A stretch of DNA of 64,000 nucleotides from Candidatus Staskawiczbacteria bacterium (GCA_023245145.1 JAHFKW010000001.1:9823-73822), one strand, 5' to 3'. Positions 30,999 through 39,281 are shown, numbered from the stretch's first letter. Numbers and translations are program-made. The notes: generated from the sequence alone by a model not told the origin.

Positions 30999-32274
30999 TA
31001 TGAATGATATTTTCTATATTATACGTTCCCATTTTTTCTATTTCCACAAAACCTTGCATCGCCATTTCCGCTAAATCTCCCGTCTCCAACAAATCATAGA
31101 GCCACTCCTGTGTATATCTTGGGTTCTCCTGATCAACCCCGGCACCAACGTGTAAAAGCCAACGCCGGTTAAAATCCTCTTGCGATCCAATCGGTGGTTG
31201 AATAATAATGGGAATACCTAAGCCAGCATAAAAAGACAATTCGGAAGGCTTGGTCATCAAAATATCCGTAGTCCGCAACGTTTCATTAAATGCGTCAAAA
31301 TACTCCTGAATATTTTTCCCTGACAAGACCTTGACGCCATCGTCCAGTCCAAGTTTATGGATCTGATTCAAAAAATATGTTTTTAATTCTTGCCTTACAC
31401 CAATCGCAACAATAAAACGAACCTGCCTTAATTTAATTTTTTCACGCAAACTGTGGATAATGGCTAACGCAATCTCTTTTTGAGCACCCGCTCCACCTAT
31501 GGAAAACATCAAAGTCAAAGGGTGATCTGATAAACTAGGCACATGCCCTAAATAACTTTTTATCAAAGGGGAATATAAATTTCGGTACTTACCCATTGGA
31601 TCAAGATTTACAATACGTCGGCTCAAATCTTTTTTGACAATCTCTTTTTGGTGACCAACATTTTCTTTCGGCAGAGGGTAGCCGGTCAATATGATATTTT
31701 CAGTTTTTACGCCATATAACTTTAACCGATCGCGCGTCCACGTATTTGGTACTAAATATGTTATTCTGGTTTTTTTGGCATCTATGGGCACCCAAACCCG
31801 AGCAATATCGGCATCGCAAATAACGCAATAAATATCATTTGGATAGTTAAAGTATTCCGCCATAAAAGCGGGCGTAAAAAAAGTACTAATCAATGGCAGA
31901 GGGTTTTTAGCCAACCTTTCTATTATGTTTCTGCCCCAACCCTTTTTTATAGAAGAAAAAATAATTTTACCGGAAATATTAGCCTTAGATAAATCTCTTT
32001 TGGGATAATAACCCAATATCTTTTGAAATCTATCCAAAAATAAAAAAAGGAATATACCGACCAAAGGAATGCTTCTGAAGCGTGAAATAAATTCATAAGA
32101 CACTCTGGTGGTATGCCAAAATCTACTATCTTTAGTGGGAATACCGGGATAATTATTGGCATTAATCACACTACCGCCAAAAGCTACACTTCTTAGTGGG
32201 TAGGCAGTCCGTTGATGACCATAGCCCATATCAGCGGCAATCACCCACGCTTTTTTATTTACGTTATTTTCCAT
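30991..32274 (-). CDS. GT-B fold glycosyltransferase-like protein (UgtP/MurG-related)
   Basis: MGYGH, GGAG, TKPSEL, GSQE motifs; start moved to MENN. Confidence 0.6.
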   Translation of the reverse strand: MENNVNKKAWVIAADMGYGHQRTAYPLRSVAFGGSVINANNYPGIPTKDSRFWHTTRVSYEFISRFRSIPLVGIFLFLFLDRFQKILGYYPKRDLSKANISGKIIFSSIKKGWGRNIIERLAKNPLPLISTFFTPAFMAEYFNYPNDIYCVICDADIARVWVPIDAKKTRITYLVPNTWTRDRLKLYGVKTENIILTGYPLPKENVGHQKEIVKKDLSRRIVNLDPMGKYRNLYSPLIKSYLGHVPSLSDHPLTLMFSIGGAGAQKEIALAIIHSLREKIKLRQVRFIVAIGVRQELKTYFLNQIHKLGLDDGVKVLSGKNIQEYFDAFNETLRTTDILMTKPSELSFYAGLGIPIIIQPPIGSQEDFNRRWLLHVGAGVDQENPRYTQEWLYDLLETGDLAEMAMQGFVEIEKMGTYNIENIIHNV

Positions 32275-32281
32275 ATACCCA

Positions 32282-33238
32282 TTATAACCTATTTTTAATC
32301 TTTTCAGTATTCCCATGTTTTAACAACCCCAAATAGGAACTTATTGTTTGCAAAGAGTTACTTTTCTTTAATCTTTTTAACATCCTTTGCTTAGTTTTAG
32401 TGCGAATAACTTTGTGGTCGTTAAAATTCACCCACCCTAAAAAATCTACACCTGAAGAAAAGGTTTTAATGAACAGTTTATCAGGATGCAAAGATAATTT
32501 TAATCTACTTTGTAAAAATTCATTGATTAATGGAATTAAGCTTTCTAAATACTGCCTATCTTCTGATAAAAACACAAAATCGTCCGCGTATCTTACATAA
32601 TGTTTTATGCGTAAAGTATGTTTTACAAACTGATCAAACTCATTCATATAAATGTTGCAAAAAAGCTGGCTGGTGAGATTACCCAGCGGCAGGCCGGTGC
32701 ACGGCCTGCCGCTGTCAAAACTGCCGATAATGTTAGCCAGCAGGTTTATGATATTGCTATCCGGAATATATTTTTCCAATATTTCCAACAATATACGCTG
32801 ATCAATAGAATGAAAAAACTTTTTGATGTCGCACTTGAGTACCCAACAGGCATGGGTATGGTTTTTTGAGACTATTCGGGCAAAAGAGTTAAACTGCGAA
32901 ATGGCTCGGTGAGTACCTTTATTATTCCGACAGGAATATGAATCAAATATAAAACGCTCGTCAAAATAGTCATACAGCACCCGATACACCGCGTGGTGCA
33001 ACAATCGGTCACGCACGGTGGCTTTATGGATAGTGCGGGGTTTAGGGTCATTGATTTTAAACTCTTGGTAGCCACCGTGTTTATATATTCCGCTTGCTAA
33101 ATCTTGATGAAGTGCTAGTATGTTATCCATTAGGTTGAATTGAAATTCTTGGACGTCTTTTTTCATTTTCTTTCCAATCAAAAAATCCTGCCAAGCTAGC
33201 AATAAATTTTCAATACTAATTAAATATTCATAATTCAT
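32282..33238 (-). CDS. DGR reverse transcriptase
   Basis: KPR..RDRLLHHA, CDIKKFF, GLPLGNLTSQ, YVRYADD, DFLG; ATG at 33238 with AAAGGA upstream (upstream TTG at 33286 possible). Confidence 0.96.
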   Translation of the reverse strand: MNYEYLISIENLLLAWQDFLIGKKMKKDVQEFQFNLMDNILALHQDLASGIYKHGGYQEFKINDPKPRTIHKATVRDRLLHHAVYRVLYDYFDERFIFDSYSCRNNKGTHRAISQFNSFARIVSKNHTHACWVLKCDIKKFFHSIDQRILLEILEKYIPDSNIINLLANIIGSFDSGRPCTGLPLGNLTSQLFCNIYMNEFDQFVKHTLRIKHYVRYADDFVFLSEDRQYLESLIPLINEFLQSRLKLSLHPDKLFIKTFSSGVDFLGWVNFNDHKVIRTKTKQRMLKRLKKSNSLQTISSYLGLLKHGNTEKIKNRL

Positions 33239-33631
33239 ATGACAAATTCCTTTAACCCCCCCCCATCCCTTTTGCCTATTTTGCAAAAAGCCAAAGAGGC
33301 TTATTTAGTTTGGTATCAATATTACCTGATTGTGCCAAAAACACATAGACATACTTTGGCACAGAAAATTGATGAATTGTTTACCCACTGTATAGAAGCC
33401 ATAGTGACTGCCAGTTTTCTATCCAAAGAAGAAAAGTTACCCTACGTACGCCAAGCTATTAGAAAAACTGACACCATTAAAATCTTTTTAATGATTCTCT
33501 GGGAAACAAAATCTCTCAACGACAAAAAATATATTTATATTTCTTTAAAAGTAAATGAGATTGGTAAGATGCTGGGTGGCTGGCAGGGACAATTAATAAA
33601 AAACTCTCCCAAATTAGGAGAGAAAAAATAA
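33239..33631 (+). CDS. avd: Avd-like accessory variability determinant (four-helix bundle)
   Basis: 130 aa helical basic protein, PKTHRHTL and EIGKMLGGW motifs, between RT and TR. Confidence 0.88.
   Translation: MTNSFNPPPSLLPILQKAKEAYLVWYQYYLIVPKTHRHTLAQKIDELFTHCIEAIVTASFLSKEEKLPYVRQAIRKTDTIKIFLMILWETKSLNDKKYIYISLKVNEIGKMLGGWQGQLIKNSPKLGEKK
33256..33264. repeat. C9/G9 homopolymer in avd 5' end and RT leader
   Basis: TTTAACCCCCCCCCATCC. Confidence 0.9.
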
Positions 33632-33636
33632 GAGAG

Positions 33637-33763
33637 TTGCGGGGACGGCAAAGGCGAAACCGTTGTTCGCATTCCAGTTGTCATCCGGCCTGTCATAGTA
33701 GGCATTGAGCCTCGGACCATCATTGCGGTTCGTGCCAAGCAAGTTAGGGTTGCCGTCGGAATT
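33637..33763 (-). repeat. DGR template repeat (TR)
   Basis: 127-bp copy of 34129-34255; 10 AAY codons in target frame; all 11 differences at TR adenines. Confidence 0.96.
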
Positions 33764-34028
33764 GTGCAAAATATCACCCATACCACTACCCCTTAAGCGC
33801 TTGTGCTTTCAGGGCTGTATCTAATTCGGTAGCTAAACTACCATAATATTTTGCACCAAGTATCTTTATTTTTAGAATCGTCGTATATCCAAATTCGTAA
33901 AGCGAATTTTTCTCTACTTTCAACCTTAGTCAAAAGTATTCTCAATATACAAAAATTAGCTTCGGCAGCCTGAAATCGTAATTTCGAGCGTATTCGCCTA
34001 ACCGAAATTACTATATCATATTTTTTAC

Positions 34029-34059
34029 AAAAAAACTGCCCTCATCTGCTGATGAGGGC
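34029..34059 (-). terminator. terminator/hairpin downstream of DGR target gene
   Basis: GCCCTCATC-N4-GATGAGGGC followed by T-run on - strand. Confidence 0.75.
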
Positions 34060-34120
34060 CGAACTAAGTTCAAGAAGATCAAGGGCCGACGAGGCCAAAG
34101 TCTCAAGAACAAAGTTCTTA

Positions 34121-34792
34121 TTAGATACTTGCGGGGACGGCAAAGGCGAAACCGTAGTACGCATGCCAGTAGTCATCCGGCCTGTCATAGTAGGCATAGA
34201 GCCTCGGACCATCATAGCGGTCCGTGCCAAGCAAGCCAGGGCTGCCGTCGGAATCTTCGATGGGCTCATGCATCGTAATGATCCATGTCAAGCCCATCTT
34301 GGCAATCTCCTCGTCCGTGAACAGATCGCGGATGAGACAGCCAACTTCGGCTTCTGGCTTTTGCCACTTGCGCGTTTCTTCGGCCTCCTTGCGGATGGCT
34401 TTGGTACGACGCTCATCGTTGGTATCCCAGAACTTTCCTGGGATAACGGCGATGTTGTAAACAACACCGCTCGTCGCCCTGAACTTTTTTGAGCGAAGGA
34501 CACTCTTGGCGTAGCTGGACAGATAGATACCCTTCGCTTCAAAGTGAGCAATCCATTGCTCACCCGTTCTGCCGTTAGACGTGACGGTGAAACGGATGGT
34601 ACCGTCGGCATCCAGGTGCCACAAGCAAGTCGGCTCTTCTGGAATCTTGCAAAGGCCCAGCAAGAACCTTTGCCGATCTTCTGGATGCTCGATCCACCAC
34701 TGCAAAACGTTGACCGGGATTTTCGTCACGATCACGTTCAGCGTCTGGATCAAAACCGCGAGAAATTGAAGGATCTGCTCAATCTTAGCCAT
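34121..34792 (-). CDS. DGR target protein with C-terminal variable region
   Basis: VR encodes the C-terminal DSDGSP...YWHAYYGFAFAVPA; AAAGGA SD before MAKIEQ. Confidence 0.92.
   Translation of the reverse strand: MAKIEQILQFLAVLIQTLNVIVTKIPVNVLQWWIEHPEDRQRFLLGLCKIPEEPTCLWHLDADGTIRFTVTSNGRTGEQWIAHFEAKGIYLSSYAKSVLRSKKFRATSGVVYNIAVIPGKFWDTNDERRTKAIRKEAEETRKWQKPEAEVGCLIRDLFTDEEIAKMGLTWIITMHEPIEDSDGSPGLLGTDRYDGPRLYAYYDRPDDYWHAYYGFAFAVPASI
34129..34255 (-). repeat. DGR variable repeat (VR)
   Basis: Ungapped alignment to TR at offset 492. Confidence 0.96.
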
Positions 34793-34870
34793 GGCGTTTT
34801 TTCCTTTCGTAGGTGTTCGCCAACTATTGCTTATAATCACGCCAACATGACGCAATCACAGCATACCTTA

Positions 34871-34899
34871 ATCATACACCCTGCAAGCAGGCTTGTCAA
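34871..34899 (-). promoter_or_regulatory. sigma70 promoter of DGR target gene
   Basis: TTGACA-N17-TATGAT; spacer holds palindrome CCTGC-AA-GCAGG. Confidence 0.75.
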
Positions 34900-34911
34900 G
34901 GCCACCCTCTT

Positions 34912-36420
34912 TTAATACCCAATAAACTGAGATTTTACCTTTTTATTAAAAAGCCAAATAATGATTGCCAGCGTCACATAATATATAAAAATCCATACCC
35001 ACGATATGCCGTTAATCGATTTGACCGCCCAAGGCTCTCCAAAAATATCCACCACTTTCATAAAATAGAGCATGATAAAGTATGTCGGCAGAGAAAAAAT
35101 AAACCCCAAACCGAACGAAAAAATCCCCAAAAAAGCGGCTAAGAATCCAAAGATCATCACGGCATCAATAATGGGAATAATCAGTAAATTGGTAATGGGC
35201 GCCACCAGCGAAATAGTTTTAAAATAATACATAATTATCGGCAAGGTAAAGAGTTGAGCAGCCAGGGTCACGGAAAGAATACTTAAGAAAAATGAGGCTG
35301 TTTGATTATTCCAAAATACCAACAGATAGTCTATGGCCGGCTTACCATAAATAATTCCCAGTGAAGCTAAAAAGGAAAGTTGAAAGCCTACATCGTAAGC
35401 TAAAAGCATGGGGTTTTGCAAAAGCATGAGCGTTGCAGTTAACACAATAACACGGGCCGTGGCGTTTTGTCGGCCAAACTTTTGAGCCAATAAGAAAACA
35501 CTGGCCATAATGGCCGACCGAATGCCTGAAGCAGGAAAAGCAGCGATAACGATATAAAGCCAGATGAAAACAATTGAGATATAAAAAGCCTGACCGCGCC
35601 ACAATCCAAGCGCCAGCAATGCTGTCATTAAAATAGAACTTAAAATCACCACATTGGAGCCGGAAATAGCGGTAATATGTGTCAGGCCAGTGGCGCGAAA
35701 CTTTTCTTTTACTTCCTCTGCCATATTGGCTGTCCCACCCAACATAATGCCTTCTATAATAGCACTGTGAGGCGCAGAAAATTGAGTCCAAATGGATTTT
35801 TTCAATGTTGTTTTAAAGCTTAGTAATTTTTGGTACAAAGATTCTGACAGCGAAAGTACTTTAGCGTTTGACATTAATTCTATTTTAGGAAAATCCATCA
35901 CAGAATATATGCCATTTTTCATTAAATAATTTTTGTAATTAAAATCCGCAGTGACAAAAGGAGTTTTTAGTTTGCCAGTTATTTTTATTTGATCCAAGTA
36001 TTTATATTCGGGATATAGACTCGTTGTTACCAAAACCACACTTTGGGTATTATCAATTTTGACTGATAACTTTTGAGAAGTCTCTCTAATATCCGGCGCG
36101 TCAATAATTTTGCCCGTCAAAGTGATCTTATCAGAGTTATCATTTAATATGCTCATTGAATCATTCAAAACGGCAAATTCAGAAACTTGCAGACGCGTGA
36201 CGGCTAGGATTAAAAATAATAGGCAAAAGCCGATAATCGCCGCTTCTTTTTTTGCCTGCCCCAAGTGAAATCGAAGGGTGAAAAAAGAAGCGGCGATACA
36301 AACCACCCCCAGCAACAAAAAAGCCCAAATAAACATTGGGGGGATTTTTAGTAGCGACTGCAAAGCGATGCCGATAATAAATGAAATGCAAAAACAAAAA
36401 AGAATTTTTGAAGGCGTCAT
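34912..36420 (-). CDS. comEC: ComEC/Rec2 competence protein (no beta-lactamase domain)
   Basis: GLTHITAISGSN, RSAIM, GFQLSFLA. Confidence 0.92.
   Translation of the reverse strand: MTPSKILFCFCISFIIGIALQSLLKIPPMFIWAFLLLGVVCIAASFFTLRFHLGQAKKEAAIIGFCLLFLILAVTRLQVSEFAVLNDSMSILNDNSDKITLTGKIIDAPDIRETSQKLSVKIDNTQSVVLVTTSLYPEYKYLDQIKITGKLKTPFVTADFNYKNYLMKNGIYSVMDFPKIELMSNAKVLSLSESLYQKLLSFKTTLKKSIWTQFSAPHSAIIEGIMLGGTANMAEEVKEKFRATGLTHITAISGSNVVILSSILMTALLALGLWRGQAFYISIVFIWLYIVIAAFPASGIRSAIMASVFLLAQKFGRQNATARVIVLTATLMLLQNPMLLAYDVGFQLSFLASLGIIYGKPAIDYLLVFWNNQTASFFLSILSVTLAAQLFTLPIIMYYFKTISLVAPITNLLIIPIIDAVMIFGFLAAFLGIFSFGLGFIFSLPTYFIMLYFMKVVDIFGEPWAVKSINGISWVWIFIYYVTLAIIIWLFNKKVKSQFIGY
36254..36278. 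repeat. in-frame dispersed palindromic repeat (family B) in comEC
   Basis: rc CCCTTCGATTTCACTTGGGGCAGGC. Confidence 0.6.
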
Positions 36421-37340
36421 TACGATTTGGTTGCAATCACCGTTATCTTAATTTCTCCTTTCTTAAGTTCAGTATTCTTAACGGCGCCAAAAATAATCTG
36501 GGCTTTGGCTTCTACATGTTGAGTAATAACTTTGGCGGCATCTTGAATTTCCTGCAATGTTACATCAGAACCCGAAGCATTAAATAAGATACCTTTTGAG
36601 CCTTTAATAGAAAAATCCAGCAAAGGTGAATTAATAGCCTTGGTGGCGGCTTCAATCGCCCGATGTGGTCCCCTGGCTACCCCCGTGCCAAATAATGCTT
36701 GACCGGAATTCTTCATAATAGAAATAACCGATGCAAAATCAATATTAATAATACCGGGAGACAGAATTAAATCCGTAATCCCCTGGACAGCTTCGCGCAG
36801 TATATCGTCACAAATTTCAAAAGCGTTGGAAACAGTGGTTTTCTCATCAATAATTTTAAGTAATTTATCATTTGAAATAACCAGTAAAGAGTCTACGTTA
36901 CTCCGTAATTGTTCCAGACCCTTTTTGGCTACTTCTGCTCGCTGCTGACCCTCAAAAGAAAAAGGCGTAGTTACTACCGCCACCGTCAAAATTCCCAAGC
37001 TTTTAGCTATTTGAGCTATCACCGGCGCGGCTCCTGTCCCTGTTCCTCCGCCCAAACCACAAGTAACAAACACCATATCCGAGCCTTTAATAATTTCCGT
37101 TATTTCTTTCTTGTTCTCTTCTACAGCCGCCCGACCCTGGGTTATGTCCATACCTGCCCCCAAGCCACGAGTGATATGTTGACCAATCAAGATTTTATGA
37201 GGCACTTTGCAAAAATGTAACGCCTGAACATCGGTATTGACAGCTATTAATTCAATGCCTCGTACATCACATCTGGCAATTCTAGCAATTGTATTAGAAC
37301 CAGATCCACCCACCCCTAGCACTTTTATTTTCGGTGACAT
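36420..37340 (-). CDS. ftsZ: cell division protein FtsZ (no C-terminal tail)
   Basis: GVGGSGSN, NTD, GGGTGTG, PFSFEG. Confidence 0.95.
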   Translation of the reverse strand: MSPKIKVLGVGGSGSNTIARIARCDVRGIELIAVNTDVQALHFCKVPHKILIGQHITRGLGAGMDITQGRAAVEENKKEITEIIKGSDMVFVTCGLGGGTGTGAAPVIAQIAKSLGILTVAVVTTPFSFEGQQRAEVAKKGLEQLRSNVDSLLVISNDKLLKIIDEKTTVSNAFEICDDILREAVQGITDLILSPGIINIDFASVISIMKNSGQALFGTGVARGPHRAIEAATKAINSPLLDFSIKGSKGILFNASGSDVTLQEIQDAAKVITQHVEAKAQIIFGAVKNTELKKGEIKITVIATKS

Positions 37341-37350
37341 TGTTTTGTTT

Positions 37351-38601
37351 TTACGGTATGAATACTCTAAACATCCTCTTCAATTTCAGGTTCAAATCTT
37401 TTAAAAATCCTGTAGAAAACCCCAACATAGCCCCAGTATCAGGACTGTCATAATCTGCACTGCCTAAAATAAGTCCTACCACCGTTGCCAAAGCCGAGTC
37501 TTGCTCCAGACCATTAATCCCCTTGGGTACGCCCACTTCTACGGAAAGCTTTAAAACATGCTTAGCTAATTCTTTTATCTTAGGCAATTTGGCACCACCG
37601 CCAGTCAAAACTACGCCACCGGGCAGTAATTCGTGCCGGCCGATTTTTTTTAATTCTTTTTGTACCAAATCCATAATTTCAGAAACGCGAGGCTCTATGA
37701 TATCCACTAAATTCTTTTTAGTAAACGCTATTTCTTCAGAAGCTTCAAATACTTCAATTTTTTGTTTATCTTTTTTATCAACCATCTTTCTTCTTTTTTC
37801 ACTGCTGGAAACCATACAAGTACCATATTCTTTTTTGATGTTTTCGGCTGTTGCTACATCCGTTTTAAGTCCAATGGCTATATCGTTAGTAATATTAGCC
37901 GATCCCAAAGGGAAAATAGCCAAGTGAATCAAGTCTCCTTCGTCAAAAACGGCTAAACTGGTGGTGGAGTGACCAATGTCAATCAGGGCCGCTCCGATTT
38001 CTTTTTGCTGACGGGTTAAACAAGCTTGGGCAGCGGCAATCGGCGAAGGAATAACATCATCAATTTGCAATTTGGCATTGAGCACAGCTTGGGTCAAATT
38101 AATAAAATATAACTGAAAATAGCACAATAAAACCACCTTGGCTTCAAGCCTTACGCCAGTTAGGCCCAACGGTTGCTTAATACCTTTTTGCTCATCAATA
38201 ATAAACTCTTTGGGAAAGACATCTAATATTTCTTCGTTGAGAGGAATGTTAATGGATTTGGTAGCTTCCAAAACTCGGTCTATATCTTCCTGGGAAATAA
38301 TTTTATCGGCGCGCGAAACAGAGATCAATCCGTCCGATGGGGCTACATACAAATGACTTCCGCCAATATTGACGAATACAGCACTAATTTTACGACCGAT
38401 ATCTTTTTGAACACCATCAATTAACAATTGGATATTTTTGGCGGTTTCTTCGGCGTTAACCACTGCTCCACGACGCAATCCAAACGAAGGAATTTGAGCG
38501 TACGATAAAACCTGCCATTCATTACCATTTTTTTCAGCTACCAATATCTTAATAGTGCTGGTACCAATATCCAGCCCTGTAACAATTTGATTTTTGGCCA
38601 T
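37351..38601 (-). CDS. ftsA: cell division protein FtsA
   Basis: GLDIGTS, IDIG, VLTGGGA; upstream of ftsZ. Confidence 0.95.
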   Translation of the reverse strand: MAKNQIVTGLDIGTSTIKILVAEKNGNEWQVLSYAQIPSFGLRRGAVVNAEETAKNIQLLIDGVQKDIGRKISAVFVNIGGSHLYVAPSDGLISVSRADKIISQEDIDRVLEATKSINIPLNEEILDVFPKEFIIDEQKGIKQPLGLTGVRLEAKVVLLCYFQLYFINLTQAVLNAKLQIDDVIPSPIAAAQACLTRQQKEIGAALIDIGHSTTSLAVFDEGDLIHLAIFPLGSANITNDIAIGLKTDVATAENIKKEYGTCMVSSSEKRRKMVDKKDKQKIEVFEASEEIAFTKKNLVDIIEPRVSEIMDLVQKELKKIGRHELLPGGVVLTGGGAKLPKIKELAKHVLKLSVEVGVPKGINGLEQDSALATVVGLILGSADYDSPDTGAMLGFSTGFLKDLNLKLKRMFRVFIP

Positions 38602-39021
38602 TTATTTTTTAACTACTTTTAAAAAATATGCTTCCTGTTTGACAAACATTTTTTCCTCATCTATTTTTGAAATTTCGTGGTCATAACCCAGCACATGTAA
38701 TAATCCGTGAATGAGCATGTATGCCATTTCTTTTTTTAAACTCCGGTTTGAATCTTGCGTTTTTTCTTTGATGTATTCCGGGCACAAAATCACTTCCGAA
38801 CACTCATCTTTAAAATCAGATATTTTCTCAAAACTCAATACATCGGTGGGTTGGTCTTTGTGACGATACTGTTTATTGAGTTTTTGAATTTCAGCAGAAT
38901 TAACAAAAGCCACAGACACATTTTCCTTTAATCTATTTTCGCCTTTTAAAACTTTTTTTGCAACCCCCAAAAAGAAGGCTTTATCCACAGCGAAATTGGT
39001 TAGGTTGTTGATTTCAATCAT
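38602..39021 (-). CDS. ybeY: rRNA maturation RNase YbeY
   Basis: PTDVLSF, HGLLHVLGYDH. Confidence 0.95.
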   Translation of the reverse strand: MIEINNLTNFAVDKAFFLGVAKKVLKGENRLKENVSVAFVNSAEIQKLNKQYRHKDQPTDVLSFEKISDFKDECSEVILCPEYIKEKTQDSNRSLKKEMAYMLIHGLLHVLGYDHEISKIDEEKMFVKQEAYFLKVVKK

Positions 39022-39058
39022 GATGCTCTATTTTACAACATATTTCAAAATTAAACAA

Positions 39059-39092
39059 AATCGGCGCTCCGATGTACATCGGAGCGCCGATT
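39059..39092. repeat. perfect 34-bp palindrome (probable terminator)
   Basis: AATCGGCGCTCCGATGT|ACATCGGAGCGCCGATT. Confidence 0.85.
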
Positions 39093-39104
39093 AAAAAATA
39101 CTTT

Positions 39105-39281
39105 CTAGAGTCCCAATTGGCTGGTATACACACGGAAAATATACGGCAACGCGACCAAGGCTATCAGCAGTGGCGCCACAAACGTCACCAGTGTCACAAT
39201 CAGCGTCCACAAAAAATACTTTCGGGTTTTTTCCACCGATTTATAAATCGCATCTAACTTTTTCTGCAAATCTTCTTCCAT
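39105..39281 (-). CDS. 58-aa single-TM protein (not in ORF track)
   Basis: MEEDLQKKLDAIYKSVEKTRKYFLWTLIV...; TAATG coupling to upstream gene. Confidence 0.8.
   Translation of the reverse strand: MEEDLQKKLDAIYKSVEKTRKYFLWTLIVTLVTFVAPLLIALVALPYIFRVYTSQLGL

Larger units (their letters stand above)
32282..34899 (-). mobile_element. diversity-generating retroelement (target/VR, TR, antisense avd, RT)
   Basis: RT plus Avd-like gene plus TR/VR pair with adenine-only mismatches. Confidence 0.96.

Noticed and set aside
32282-33286. RT as group II intron, retron or CRISPR-associated RT
   Set aside because: Short RT with no maturase/endonuclease extension or cas genes; the Avd-like neighbour and adenine-specific TR/VR pair identify a DGR
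33535-34269. ORFs 33535-33786 and 34042-34269 sharing an identical ~35-aa peptide
   Set aside because: Alternative-frame readings of TR and VR; first-position A changes fall at wobble positions in that frame
34815-34824. TTCGCCAA word shared by the DGR target, 42.5-kb and csrA leaders
   Set aside because: Only 8 bp and in inconsistent orientation; could be chance
34052-34915. Several + strand ORFs over the DGR target
   Set aside because: Antisense shadows of a GC-rich gene with no RBS or motifs
39072-39257. 61-aa + strand ORF
   Set aside because: Antisense to the better-supported 58-aa membrane protein and starts within the palindrome
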